Source: an uncultured archaeon (lineage in GTDB: Archaea > Aenigmatarchaeota > Aenigmatarchaeia > QMZP01). From it: a stretch of DNA of 64,000 nucleotides. Shown here one piece after another: positions 27,440 through 37,674 of this stretch; position 1 is the first letter of the stretch, and every line of letters starts with the position of its first letter. Under the pieces are notes generated by a model. That model saw only the letters and a list, made by a program, of their open reading frames with translations. It was not told the DNA's origin and did not search any database. The stretch lies in contig CAZCGK010000009.1 in assembly GCA_964498245.1 (NCBI GenBank), forward strand, positions 1,607-65,606. The letters run 5' to 3'. A program made the translations under genes and the position numbers.

Positions 27440-30283
27440 TCATCCCTTCCAGAACCTCTTTGTTTTTGCATAATTCCTTTCAGCTCTAAGTATTGCCCTG
27501 AAAAGATCATCCCCTTCAGGCATTTTAGCAAGTATTCTTCCAGCGGTTTTAACACCAACACCCCGTCCTGCTAAGGCTATAACAGCATTTTTTCCTGAGG
27601 ACATAACCATTGCAGCAGTATCATGCATAATGTTATAATACTTTAACTCTTCCTGAGAAAGCGGAACACCCGCGTTTTTCTTTCTTACCAGCTCCTGTGC
27701 TTCAAATACATATCTTGAAGGCACAGCGCTTATCAATCCTGCAGAACATTTAGGACACCTGATTTCTTCCGGAACATCCTTCACTTTCTTTATGGTTGCA
27801 TATTCTCCGCACTGCATACAAACAAGACCCATACTGGTTTCCAAAAGTCTCTTTTTAAAGACCTCAAATATCTCCCTTTCCGGTCTCTCAGGAGCTACTA
27901 TCTCATATTTTTTCTGTATACCCATTGTTCCCATGGGCGATATTCCCTGCTTTACAGCAATCTTTATCTTATCTCTGCCTATTTCTTCTACAATCTTTTT
28001 CGCCATGGCTGTGTCCAGTTTTTCCCGCAAAACCTCATTCATAGCTTCCCTGAAAGCAGGTGTGCCTTCATAGACTTCAATTATTTTTCTTATATAACCC
28101 TTTCCAAAATCCGCATCTTTTGAGATTATACCGAATCTTTTTGCGACATGAATAAACCTCCATGCAAAGATTTCTGTTTTGGGAACAGTCTCATTTAGAA
28201 CTTCATCTATATCTTCAGGCTTTATGTTTTTCATCGCCTCAACCACATATTTCCAGTCACCAATATGCTGAAGCTTCAGCATTATCCTGTACGGATCTGT
28301 CTGCAAACCCACCGAACCTAATTTAGTCATAAGCACAGAGGCCAAAACCCTTCCTATGGTATCGTTAACAAGCGAACCCCAGCATGCATGAATAACCACC
28401 CAAGAATTTTCCTCATCACTGTAATATTCAATAAGCACATGTTTATGGTCGGGCACGTATCCCCAGGTGTTTTGCTTTTTTACGTAAGAGTATATTTTTT
28501 CCGCTACATCCTTCGATACAGGATAAAGTGACATTAACTGATTTATAATTTTATGCTTTTTCTGGGTTCTGAGCTTTTCTTTTATAAATCTCCGGATTCT
28601 TCCAACCTCCTGAGCAACTTCAAATGGAACCGGTATAAGTTCACCCTCCCATGCGGGTATTGCTCCGGCAATACCCGAAAGAGGCTCAACTATTACTTTA
28701 TTGCTTCTAACATCAAGTATCCTCCATGGTTGTCCTTTCACTATAAAAGCAGAACCGGGCTGACCATGAAGCGCGACAAACTCTGCATCGAGTGTTCCCA
28801 CAGGCTTATCCGAAACCACATCAAACACTGTATAGGTTTTCGTGTCCGGAATAACGGAAAGGTTTTCATAGTAGTGAATAAAACTTCTTTCCCTCCTTTT
28901 CAGCACAGGCTTTTTTTCGAATTTCGAATCAATCCAGATAAGTCTTAATTTTTCCAGCATCTTTGCTGTCTCCATAAAAGTCTTAAAACCCAAGTTTCTG
29001 TACGGATATGCACGTTTGATGATTTTATACGCATTCTCCACCGGAATTTTATACTCATCGAGGCTGAGCCCCAATATCTGATTCGCCAGCACATCTAGTG
29101 CGGTTCCATAGGTTTTTGTTGGTTCCATCCATCCTTTAAGAGCAAGAGAGGCGATTGCCGCAGCCTCTAAACAATCATCAGCATCTGTAGAAACTATCAC
29201 ACCTTCTGAGGTTTTTTCCAGGGAGTGTCCTGACCTCCCTATTCTCTGCAAAAGCTTGGATACCTGCCTAGGAGACATGTACTGAATAACAAGATCTATG
29301 GAACCTATATCTATTCCGAGTTCCAAGCTGGATGTGCATATAAGCGATTTTATCCTTCCATCTCGAAAATCCCTTTCAGCAGAGACCCTTACATCCCGCG
29401 AGAGAGATGAATGATGGGTCTCAACAGGAAGATTTTTATCGAAAATCTTTAATCTGGATGAAAGAATCTCGGAAAACTCACGGGTATTTGTAAATGTCAG
29501 GACGGATTTTCTTTCCCTGATCAGATCTCTTATTCTTCTTATCCTTGCTGCAATCTCGGGTGTTGCTGCTATTTTATCCGCTATGAGAACATCGATTTTT
29601 TCAGGTGCCGGAGACTCGACTTTTATGCTGATTCTTTTTCTCTTTTCCACATTTATGATTTTATATTTCCTTTTGTTCAGTGAAAAAAACTTCACAATCT
29701 CTTCAGGTGTGCCCACGGTCGCAGACATACAGAGTATCTGCGGTTCTTTTTTCAAAATCTCCTTGAGCCTTTCCAAACCAACACAGAGCTGAAGACCCCT
29801 TTTATTCGTAACAAGCTCGTGAACCTCATCTATAACTATGTAACGAATATTTTTCAGATTTTTGCGCATAAGCTTTCCTGTAAGCATTGCCTGAAGGGAT
29901 TCCGGTGTTGATATTATCATATCAGGTGGTTGTTTCACCTGTCTTGATCTTTCCGCTGGAGTGGTATCTCCGTGCCTAACACTTACAGAAAAACCAATCT
30001 TTTCTGACCACCATTTTATTCTTTTCAGTAAATCCCTGTTGAGACTTCTCAGAGGGGTTATATAAAGTATGGATATGGGCCTTGGCTTATCCCTCAACCA
30101 CACATCAAAAATGGGAAGCATTGCGGCTTCTGTCTTGCCTGAGCCTGTTTCTGATATTGTAAGCACATTCTTTCCTGCAAGAATCTCGGGAATAACACCT
30201 TCCTGAATAGGTGTGGGTTTTTCAAACCGCTTTACCACTATTTTTCTGAGTTCCGGTTCCAGTATATGAAATGCATTTACCAT
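27440..30283 (-). CDS. lhr: Lhr-family large ATP-dependent helicase
   Basis: Walker A 'TGSGKTEAA', DEVH box 'VIDEVHE' and a Zn-finger-like 'CMQCGE...CPKC' are present, with the Lhr-core architecture. 947 aa. Confidence 0.85.
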   Translation of the reverse strand: MVNAFHILEPELRKIVVKRFEKPTPIQEGVIPEILAGKNVLTISETGSGKTEAAMLPIFDVWLRDKPRPISILYITPLRSLNRDLLKRIKWWSEKIGFSVSVRHGDTTPAERSRQVKQPPDMIISTPESLQAMLTGKLMRKNLKNIRYIVIDEVHELVTNKRGLQLCVGLERLKEILKKEPQILCMSATVGTPEEIVKFFSLNKRKYKIINVEKRKRISIKVESPAPEKIDVLIADKIAATPEIAARIRRIRDLIRERKSVLTFTNTREFSEILSSRLKIFDKNLPVETHHSSLSRDVRVSAERDFRDGRIKSLICTSSLELGIDIGSIDLVIQYMSPRQVSKLLQRIGRSGHSLEKTSEGVIVSTDADDCLEAAAIASLALKGWMEPTKTYGTALDVLANQILGLSLDEYKIPVENAYKIIKRAYPYRNLGFKTFMETAKMLEKLRLIWIDSKFEKKPVLKRRERSFIHYYENLSVIPDTKTYTVFDVVSDKPVGTLDAEFVALHGQPGSAFIVKGQPWRILDVRSNKVIVEPLSGIAGAIPAWEGELIPVPFEVAQEVGRIRRFIKEKLRTQKKHKIINQLMSLYPVSKDVAEKIYSYVKKQNTWGYVPDHKHVLIEYYSDEENSWVVIHACWGSLVNDTIGRVLASVLMTKLGSVGLQTDPYRIMLKLQHIGDWKYVVEAMKNIKPEDIDEVLNETVPKTEIFAWRFIHVAKRFGIISKDADFGKGYIRKIIEVYEGTPAFREAMNEVLREKLDTAMAKKIVEEIGRDKIKIAVKQGISPMGTMGIQKKYEIVAPERPEREIFEVFKKRLLETSMGLVCMQCGEYATIKKVKDVPEEIRCPKCSAGLISAVPSRYVFEAQELVRKKNAGVPLSQEELKYYNIMHDTAAMVMSSGKNAVIALAGRGVGVKTAGRILAKMPEGDDLFRAILRAERNYAKTKRFWKG

Positions 30284-30345
30284 TCTCCCCCCTTGAAGGA
30301 GTTCGAAAGAGTGAATATATAGGAGTTTATCTATTAAAATTAAAT

Positions 30346-32787
30346 ATGCATAAAAAACTGACTCTCGGTTTTCTAATCATAATTACACTTCTCGTTAGCT
30401 TTTCTTCTGCAGAGGCTTATATTGCTCTTGATATAAACGATGAAAAGATCAATCATTCCATACACACATATCTTGACATGAATATAAGCATTATCCACGA
30501 TGTACATCTTTCAGAAGATATTGTGCTCAAAATCTACATAGATGATGAAAAGGCAGCAGTAATAGATTTAGAAGAATACCTTCAGAACCAGCAGAATTAC
30601 ACGCTTAAAACCCACATTTTCAATTACAATGTTGTGGCAGAGGGATGGAATAACTGGACTGATTATCCTTCCCAGACCTTTACATATACTGTTTCTGCAA
30701 GGGGATGGTGTGGAAGTGACTTGGGAGCATCCGATGAATGCAAAACAGCGTGTTCCTGCGATGGTGACTGCCCCGCATATCCCTGTGAATGGCATATAGA
30801 ATATCCGCAGCTTCAGGCAGAGGTTTCTGGATATGATGGATTGAAGTTCATAAAAGATGGTTTGAGCCTTATAGCACCACCTCAAGACGGCTGGATAGAA
30901 GAATGGAGTGTAAGTGTGATAGATAACACAAACGTTGAGGCAACGATGAGAGCGGCCTGCGGCGGAGAGGAATACCCTCCGGGTATAACCCGGGATAAGA
31001 CCGGATGGAACGTTGTTGGAAGAAAAATCAACACATTCTGTACAAAACAGGGAGCAGGTGCTGTTTGCAACATAGGACCGTTTAATGAAGAAAGCCTGCA
31101 GGAAGGATACAGAAAATACGGCGGCCCTTCAGTACAGGGTATTACCGGCGGTGGAGTGTACATGATCGATGATAACGGAAACATGATTTATCAGAGACCT
31201 GGTGTGGAAATATCCTCCTGGAATGGAAGCGAGGGAAAAATAGTGTTCAATGTTTACGATGCAGACAGAACCTATGTTATATTCTATTTACCGCCTGATG
31301 GTTCAGAATTCAATGAAAGCCACAGAATGTGTGCATATACAGACTATTCGGTCAAAAACTCATCCGAATGGAAGGTTTATCAAGAAGTAAGTGGAAACCA
31401 GGTCTCATATGATAAAGAATATATCAGAACACTCACAGATGACTATATAAATAACCTTCCATATCCCGATTGTCCTATACCAGATCAGAGCGAATGCAAC
31501 AGAACTATAGACATGCTCTATGTTGTTAAAACATACGACCCGGATAATGCTGTGAGTTTGAATTTTGATCCCAAAACAAAAACCGTTACAGCAAGGGTGA
31601 CAAAAATTATTTTTGCGCAGAATTATACGGAAAATGTGAGCCTTTACAGGTATAGAATATCCCTAAGCTCATTAGATTTGAACAGTTCCCATGTACTTAA
31701 AGCAGAACTGTGGAACGGATCGGTAAAGCTTTTGGAATCCTCTTCTGAGTTCTGGGTCTGTGAAGATCAGGATGAGGACGGCTACTGCGAGACATCAGGC
31801 ATATGCAGCGATAATGATCCGAGTCAGTATCCCGGAGCAAAGGAAATATGCGATGGAAAGGATAATGATTGCGATGGTGAAGTTGATGAGGATTTCAGGG
31901 ATCCTGCTAAAGTTCTTTCTGGAGAATTACCCGCATTGCTGGGCGAGGAGTGTTATAATTGGGAGGGCAGTGCCTGTGCAGGTACATGGGTATGCTCTCA
32001 AGATGGTTTGAACCTTACTTGTAATGCACCCCGTCTTCCCGGAGAACAGCCAGAAATATGTGCAAACAATATAGATGATGACTGCGATGGAGAAATAGAT
32101 GAAACCTTTGAAAGTGATGGAAAAACACCAGCGTGTGTGATAAACGAATCGTGCACACCTGGAGAAACCAAACCCTGCGGAAGCAATATAGGAAGATGTA
32201 AAGAGGGTTACAGAATATGCATAAATAATGAATGGAGCGAGTGCAGAGATTATGTCGGCCCTGTAGAAGAGGTATGCAATCGCATTGACGATGATTGTAA
32301 CGGTATTGTGGATGATGTTAATGGTGGCGAGTCCGTAGAGGAAACACATTGCAGATGCTATAATAATGGAATTCCTTCAGCAGAAATATGCAATGATATA
32401 GATGATGATTGTGATGGGAAAATAGATGATGGTATATCTTGCTGTACCGAAGGAGAAACAAGGACTTGTGGTATAAACATCGGTGTGTGCAAATCCGGAA
32501 TTCAACGATGCATTAATGGTTCATGGGGAAAGTGTGAAGGAGCAGTGTTACCTTCGGAAGAAATATGTTATGATAACCTTGATAATGATTGTGACGGTAG
32601 TGTTGATGAAAACTGCAATCCGGATATAACCTGCAGAAATGGAATCCAAGACCTCAATGAAAACGGTATCGATTGCGGTCCCTACTGTCCCAACAAATGC
32701 TTCAATTTTTTTGGTTTGGTACTGATAGCACTCGGTACCCTGATTTTAATAATATTATTCATAATGATACAGATTAAGAAGATTTAA
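30346..32787 (+). CDS. secreted Cys-rich repeat protein with at least 5 'DNDCDG-x-DE' (MopE-like putative metal-binding) repeats and a C-terminal transmembrane anchor
   Basis: Signal/transmembrane segment 'LTLGFLIIITLLVSFSSAEA'. Repeats include CDGKDNDCDGEVDEDF, CANNIDDDCDGEIDETF, CNRIDDDCNGIVDDV, CNDIDDDCDGKIDDG and CYDNLDNDCDGSVDENC. The C-terminus is hydrophobic, 'FFGLVLIALGTLILIILFIMIQIKKI'. Confidence 0.65.
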   Translation: MHKKLTLGFLIIITLLVSFSSAEAYIALDINDEKINHSIHTYLDMNISIIHDVHLSEDIVLKIYIDDEKAAVIDLEEYLQNQQNYTLKTHIFNYNVVAEGWNNWTDYPSQTFTYTVSARGWCGSDLGASDECKTACSCDGDCPAYPCEWHIEYPQLQAEVSGYDGLKFIKDGLSLIAPPQDGWIEEWSVSVIDNTNVEATMRAACGGEEYPPGITRDKTGWNVVGRKINTFCTKQGAGAVCNIGPFNEESLQEGYRKYGGPSVQGITGGGVYMIDDNGNMIYQRPGVEISSWNGSEGKIVFNVYDADRTYVIFYLPPDGSEFNESHRMCAYTDYSVKNSSEWKVYQEVSGNQVSYDKEYIRTLTDDYINNLPYPDCPIPDQSECNRTIDMLYVVKTYDPDNAVSLNFDPKTKTVTARVTKIIFAQNYTENVSLYRYRISLSSLDLNSSHVLKAELWNGSVKLLESSSEFWVCEDQDEDGYCETSGICSDNDPSQYPGAKEICDGKDNDCDGEVDEDFRDPAKVLSGELPALLGEECYNWEGSACAGTWVCSQDGLNLTCNAPRLPGEQPEICANNIDDDCDGEIDETFESDGKTPACVINESCTPGETKPCGSNIGRCKEGYRICINNEWSECRDYVGPVEEVCNRIDDDCNGIVDDVNGGESVEETHCRCYNNGIPSAEICNDIDDDCDGKIDDGISCCTEGETRTCGINIGVCKSGIQRCINGSWGKCEGAVLPSEEICYDNLDNDCDGSVDENCNPDITCRNGIQDLNENGIDCGPYCPNKCFNFFGLVLIALGTLILIILFIMIQIKKI

Positions 32788-32792
32788 AATTT

Positions 32793-34457
32793 TCATTTAT
32801 GAGCAAAGAAAATTGTAACAATGTTTTTGTCCACAGCATCAACCCTTCCGAAACCTATTCTTTCCATCTGTATAATATCCCCGGGTTTTAAACTTTCCAT
32901 AGAATATTCCCCTATACCCTCTTCTTCTCCTTCAGGTTTCACAATAATCACATTCACGTACCTCTCAGGAACCCATTGAATCTTTTGCAACACTCTGTCT
33001 TCTTCCGGTATACTTTCCATTTCCTCAAATCTCTTATTGAGAACTCCTGTAGCAAGTTCTTTCAATCTTATTTTTTTACCTTTGAACTTTTCGAAATCCT
33101 CTTTTGAGACGTAGATATAGTTTCCAACTTCAACCTCTCTGGTTTCCTCCTTTTCAGGATGGGTTTTTAGTCTTACTTTACTTCCACTTACCTTAGAAGA
33201 ACTGATATCTATCTTCACAGGGTTTATAACAACCATGTATCTCTTTGCAATAGGATCTATCACCTTTCTGTTATAGGATTCAAAAGTTTCCCAGTTCAAA
33301 ATAATATCGGTTTTCGTCAAACTGCAGTGTTCCGCATACATTCTAAAAGCCTCTGGTTGAAAACCCCTTCTGAGCAGAGCCCGAACGGTGTGAAGTCTTG
33401 GATCATCCCAGCCTGAAACCTCTCCGTTCTCTATCATCCTTTTTATATCCCTTGTGTGAAGCTTCTCTCCAGGAAGATATATCATACCAAAATTCACTAC
33501 TATTGGTGGTTCCCAACCAAAAGCCTGATATATTCTTCTCTGTATTTCTGTATTGTGTTCATGCTCTTTTCCCCGAAATACATGTGTTATTCCACAAACG
33601 TGATCTTCTATTACATTAGCATAATTATAGAGAGGCCATACTCTGTATTTTTTCCCTTTCAGAGGATGTTCGGCTTCATTAATCCTCATTATGGGCGGAT
33701 CTCTGAAAGCGGGATTGGGATCATGCATGGAAGTTTTAAACCTGAGAACTATTTCACCTTCTCTGTATTTCCCCTTCAGCATTTCCTGCCACAGCTTCAT
33801 ATTTTCTTCTTTACCCTTTTCCCTGCATGGGCAATTCCTCTTTTCAAGCTTGAATTTTCTAAAATTCTCAGCAGAACATGTACATGCATAGGCTTTATTT
33901 GTATTTATAAGCTCTTCTGCGTATTTGTAATACAATTCCATATCATCAGATTCTATAACAAGTTTATCCCATTTTACACCACAAACCTTCAGGTCCTCCA
34001 TTATCATATCATAAAATCTCTTTTCTATTCTTCTTGCATCCGTATCTTCAAACCTTAAAATAAACTTTCCGTTATATTTTTTCGCATAAAGATAACTCAG
34101 CATGGCTGCCCTGAGCAAATGACTTATATTTAACGGGCCTGTTGGTGCAGGGGCAAACCTCGTCACAACTCTTCCAGGATGTGCTCCAGGAAGCTCAGGA
34201 AGAGTTTCCTGCCTTTTTTCCTCTCTTTTGAGAAGTTCGGGTGCAATTTTCTGAAGCATTTCTTTTTGTTTTTCCCGAGACAGAGAGTTCACTTCCTTCA
34301 CAACCTTCTCAATTTCCGCTTTTACCTCATGCACCCTTTTCCTTAGTTCAGGTTCGCTGGCCATGACTTTTCCTAAGACAGCCTTGGGGCTTGCCTTACC
34401 TCCATAAAAAACCGCATTCTGTAAAACATATTTAAGCACAACATTCTTCAGATTCAT
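32793..34457 (-). CDS. gltX: glutamyl-tRNA synthetase, archaeal type
   Basis: 'RFAPAPTGPLNISHLLRAA' is the archaeal HIGH region. 554 aa. Confidence 0.9.
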   Translation of the reverse strand: MNLKNVVLKYVLQNAVFYGGKASPKAVLGKVMASEPELRKRVHEVKAEIEKVVKEVNSLSREKQKEMLQKIAPELLKREEKRQETLPELPGAHPGRVVTRFAPAPTGPLNISHLLRAAMLSYLYAKKYNGKFILRFEDTDARRIEKRFYDMIMEDLKVCGVKWDKLVIESDDMELYYKYAEELINTNKAYACTCSAENFRKFKLEKRNCPCREKGKEENMKLWQEMLKGKYREGEIVLRFKTSMHDPNPAFRDPPIMRINEAEHPLKGKKYRVWPLYNYANVIEDHVCGITHVFRGKEHEHNTEIQRRIYQAFGWEPPIVVNFGMIYLPGEKLHTRDIKRMIENGEVSGWDDPRLHTVRALLRRGFQPEAFRMYAEHCSLTKTDIILNWETFESYNRKVIDPIAKRYMVVINPVKIDISSSKVSGSKVRLKTHPEKEETREVEVGNYIYVSKEDFEKFKGKKIRLKELATGVLNKRFEEMESIPEEDRVLQKIQWVPERYVNVIIVKPEGEEEGIGEYSMESLKPGDIIQMERIGFGRVDAVDKNIVTIFFAHK

Positions 34458-34538
34458 AACAATAATTTTTGAACCGTTCTTTTTATAAGCAATTTTCCAA
34501 ACAAACCATCATTCACGTTTCGAAGAGATACAGATAAA

Positions 34539-34790
34539 CTATTTGAATTTTTCTCTAATTAAACTCACTAGTTGCGTTGAAGCTCTATCATATGGTTTAA
34601 ATGTTAAATGTAACAAATCAACTCCCGGTTCAAATTTTAACTTCATTACCAACTCTCTGTATTCATCATCAGAGGATTTCCTATAACAAGTTATTTCATA
34701 TTCAGATGCTCTTAGTTCCAAACCTTGATATACACATTCCTCCTTCAGAATCTTCCTTAATTTTTTCAAATCGATGTGTATTTTTGGCAT
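34539..34790 (-). CDS. hypothetical small protein
   Basis: 83-aa charged ORF in an otherwise empty intergenic region. Confidence 0.35.
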   Translation of the reverse strand: MPKIHIDLKKLRKILKEECVYQGLELRASEYEITCYRKSSDDEYRELVMKLKFEPGVDLLHLTFKPYDRASTQLVSLIREKFK

Positions 34791-35042
34791 ATTGTTCTAT
34801 TTGCACATAGTTTTATAAGGATATATATTGTTTAACCTCAAAGCAAGTTCTTATTGCATCTCTAGTGGTCAAATTATAATTAAAAGTAGCAAACATACAA
34901 ATATAGCATCCTGCTTTTTGTTTAGGTTAAAATTCCGCATATCTCCTAAAAATAACTGCGCAATTACGAGAATAATCACATTTCTAGTTTTCATCAGTTT
35001 TTTGTTTCCAGTCTTATTAAGAACTATCTCTTAGAAAGAGTA

Positions 35043-36317
35043 TCACAAATCAAGCAACCATCTCCAGAGAGGCACAAATTTTATTTTTCTTCCTTCTGAA
35101 GTTTCCTCTCCCTCATAATCCCAAGTTATAACAAGCAAATTCCTGCATTTCAGTTCCCTTCCTGCTTTGAGCAAAGCCCTGATCTCCCTTCTTTCAATCT
35201 CATCTCTACTTTCCATGCAGGTTACCTGTATAAGCTGTTTTATGTTCACTCCATTCTTAATCACAAAATCCACTTCATGTTGCCGGTAATCCTTCCAATA
35301 GTAAATCTCTTCGCTTCCGTATCTGTAACTCCTTCTTCTCATAAGCTCTACTGCCACAAGATTTTCCATAAGCCTTCCAAAATCTTCTGAAATTCTGAAG
35401 GAAATCGTATTGGCAAGCCCTGTGTCTATACAATAGAACTTCTTTGGAGATATCATCTGTTCCTTCAGCTTTGGTGAATATCTCTTCAGAACAAAACCAA
35501 GATATGCATTTTCCAGAAAACCCAGCCAGTTTCTGAGTGTATGAACATCCCTTACCTCAAGGATATTTTTTGTTTTTCTTATGCTGAATTCCTTTGCCGA
35601 GTTTGTTACAAGATATTTAATGAATTCTTTCAGGGCATCTTTTTTCTTTATTCTGATTCTTTTCAAAATATCCTTTTCTATCATATCCCCGTATATCCTC
35701 AGCAGGATTTCTCTTCCAAATCTGTTGACTTCAGGAAACCCTCCTGCTCTGATGTAATCTTTCAGCATTTTTTTAATCTCAGCTATTTTCAGGGAATAGA
35801 GTTCACCGATATCGAATTCATTGTATTTGAGAAATTCCGAAAAACTGAAAGGAAAAAGTGTAAACTGAATATGTCTTCCAGTCAGGGCAGTGGCGAGCTC
35901 TCCTGATAGCAGTTGGGAATTGCTACCAGTGATTATTAGCCTTTTGGTTCTTCTTAGCCTGTTGGCAAACAGTTCCCATCCTTTCACTCTCTGGGGTTCA
36001 TCAAGGATTATGTTTTCAACCTTTCCGTAAAGCTCGTAGAAAGCTTCAAGTATTTTGTTTAAATCTTTTGCTTCAATCTCCACAAATCTTTCATCATCGA
36101 AATTGATGTAGGCGAAGTTTTTCTGAAAAATCTGAACTGAGAGTACGGATTTTCCGCATCTCCTGACACCGAGAATTGCGAGAATGTTGGGAAAACCCAG
36201 AAATTTTCTTAATTCTTCTCTATTTACTTCCCTTTCTATGATCTTTTCTTTTTCGAATTTTTCTCCAATCTCCTCTCTCTGGGCAGTTATTATATCCTTG
36301 ATTTCATGGAGTTTCAT
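35043..36317 (-). CDS. AAA+ ATPase with C-terminal DUF4143 domain (paralog of 19975..21297)
   Basis: Walker A 'LGVRRCGKSV' and Walker B 'NIILDEPQ' are present. The C-terminal region aligns with the paralog ('...YWKDY..EVDFVIK.G...LIQV...'). Confidence 0.75.
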   Translation of the reverse strand: MKLHEIKDIITAQREEIGEKFEKEKIIEREVNREELRKFLGFPNILAILGVRRCGKSVLSVQIFQKNFAYINFDDERFVEIEAKDLNKILEAFYELYGKVENIILDEPQRVKGWELFANRLRRTKRLIITGSNSQLLSGELATALTGRHIQFTLFPFSFSEFLKYNEFDIGELYSLKIAEIKKMLKDYIRAGGFPEVNRFGREILLRIYGDMIEKDILKRIRIKKKDALKEFIKYLVTNSAKEFSIRKTKNILEVRDVHTLRNWLGFLENAYLGFVLKRYSPKLKEQMISPKKFYCIDTGLANTISFRISEDFGRLMENLVAVELMRRRSYRYGSEEIYYWKDYRQHEVDFVIKNGVNIKQLIQVTCMESRDEIERREIRALLKAGRELKCRNLLVITWDYEGEETSEGRKIKFVPLWRWLLDL

Positions 36318-36546
36318 AAAATTATAATCACAAACTTTATATAAAAAGTTTGCGGTTTTAAATTTTAAAAACCGTACAGTTTTAACAAAACCAGCGGAAT
36401 TGTTGAATATTTATCGCAGATTGTACATATTTATAAGATTTTGTACAGTAAAATGGGCAAAATTGCATTAAATGTTTCGGTATAATGTAACATTTTAAAT
36501 TTCTGTTTGTTAAACTTCGATAATAAAATCTAATATTTAATATTTG

Positions 36547-36753
36547 TTAACGCTTCTTTTCCAAAAAACCAGAGATTGAAAACGCTAAAACAACAGCGAA
36601 TGAAATAAAAGCAAACGAAGCATAAATTGTAGATTTAATATCACATACATCAGATTCAAGTGAACAAGGAATAAATAACCCCATTAAATAATCAAAATAC
36701 ATCCCAAGTACTAAAAATATTATTACAAAAACCAAACACTGATTCCTGTTCAT
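36547..36753 (-). CDS. small membrane protein
   Basis: 68 aa with two hydrophobic helices. Confidence 0.3.
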   Translation of the reverse strand: MNRNQCLVFVIIFLVLGMYFDYLMGLFIPCSLESDVCDIKSTIYASFAFISFAVVLAFSISGFLEKKR

Positions 36754-37211
36754 AAAAATTGATGATATAACAAGATTTATAAAATTTTATTTAAAAAGAA
36801 TTCCACCGGTCTGTGATCGATGGGTATGGGCTTTATTATCACAATATTTTTGATCAGCTTTAACTTCTATTATGCCATTTTTCCATTAATTTTTCTCGTC
36901 TATCCAATTCACTTAAGTTTAAAGGATCAAACTTCGAGCTCTTATACCAAAAAAGTCGAGCACATAGTGGAAGATAACCAGGACTTTCGAGTTCATCGTA
37001 GTATCCCTTTTGTATTCCTTTGCTCATTTTTATTTTTTGGATTAATTTTCCGATTTCCATTTTTATCACTTTTAAAGCACTATAATAAATAACTTTAAAA
37101 ATTATCTTGCCGAAGGGAATGAGTCAAGCAAATGCGAAGACAAGAATTTGTATTTTATAAGTAGTAAAAAACCGAAAAATTTATAAAGATTGAGTTTTAT
37201 ATTCTTGTTAG

Positions 37212-37631
37212 GTGGTTAGAGTGGGTAAGGGATTAGTTAAACTTTATGTAGAAATTATAAAAGAAGATTACTCTGATTTGCTGGGAAAAATCGGATACAA
37301 CAATATTGAAGAGGATTTGACCGATGATGGAGAGTGGCACGGAGATATTAAGCCTCTTGGAAAGGTAGCTTTTTGGAGAGGGGAAAGCAAAGATGACGGA
37401 ATAGTTATAAGGCATGTCAAATTCTACGGGCCTGATGGACAGACAGCTCATGGAAGAGGTTTTTATGCAATCGGAAATGCCCCTCAGCAATTAAAAAAAT
37501 TGGGATATAAATGCAGAGGTTATGAAACAAAAATAAAAATCAACAATAGAGAATACAAAGCAATCAAACTGTTTGGTGATATGAACCTTTATGATTTTTT
37601 AGAAGAAAAAACAAAATCCTACAGAAGCTAG
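37212..37631 (+). CDS. hypothetical protein
   Basis: 139-aa ORF with protein-like composition. Confidence 0.4.
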   Translation: MVRVGKGLVKLYVEIIKEDYSDLLGKIGYNNIEEDLTDDGEWHGDIKPLGKVAFWRGESKDDGIVIRHVKFYGPDGQTAHGRGFYAIGNAPQQLKKLGYKCRGYETKIKINNREYKAIKLFGDMNLYDFLEEKTKSYRS

Positions 37632-37674
37632 TTACACAAAAAACAAATTTATTCCTCCCTCACAAAATTCTAAT

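Noticed and set aside
33456-34058. 200-aa plus-strand ORF.
   Set aside because: It is antisense to GluRS. The aromatic-rich, low-complexity translation is typical of a shadow ORF.
36820-37092. 90-aa plus-strand hydrophobic ORF in the intergenic region.
   Set aside because: It overlaps a more protein-like 69-aa minus-strand ORF (36860..37069). Neither could be supported confidently, so the region is left unannotated.
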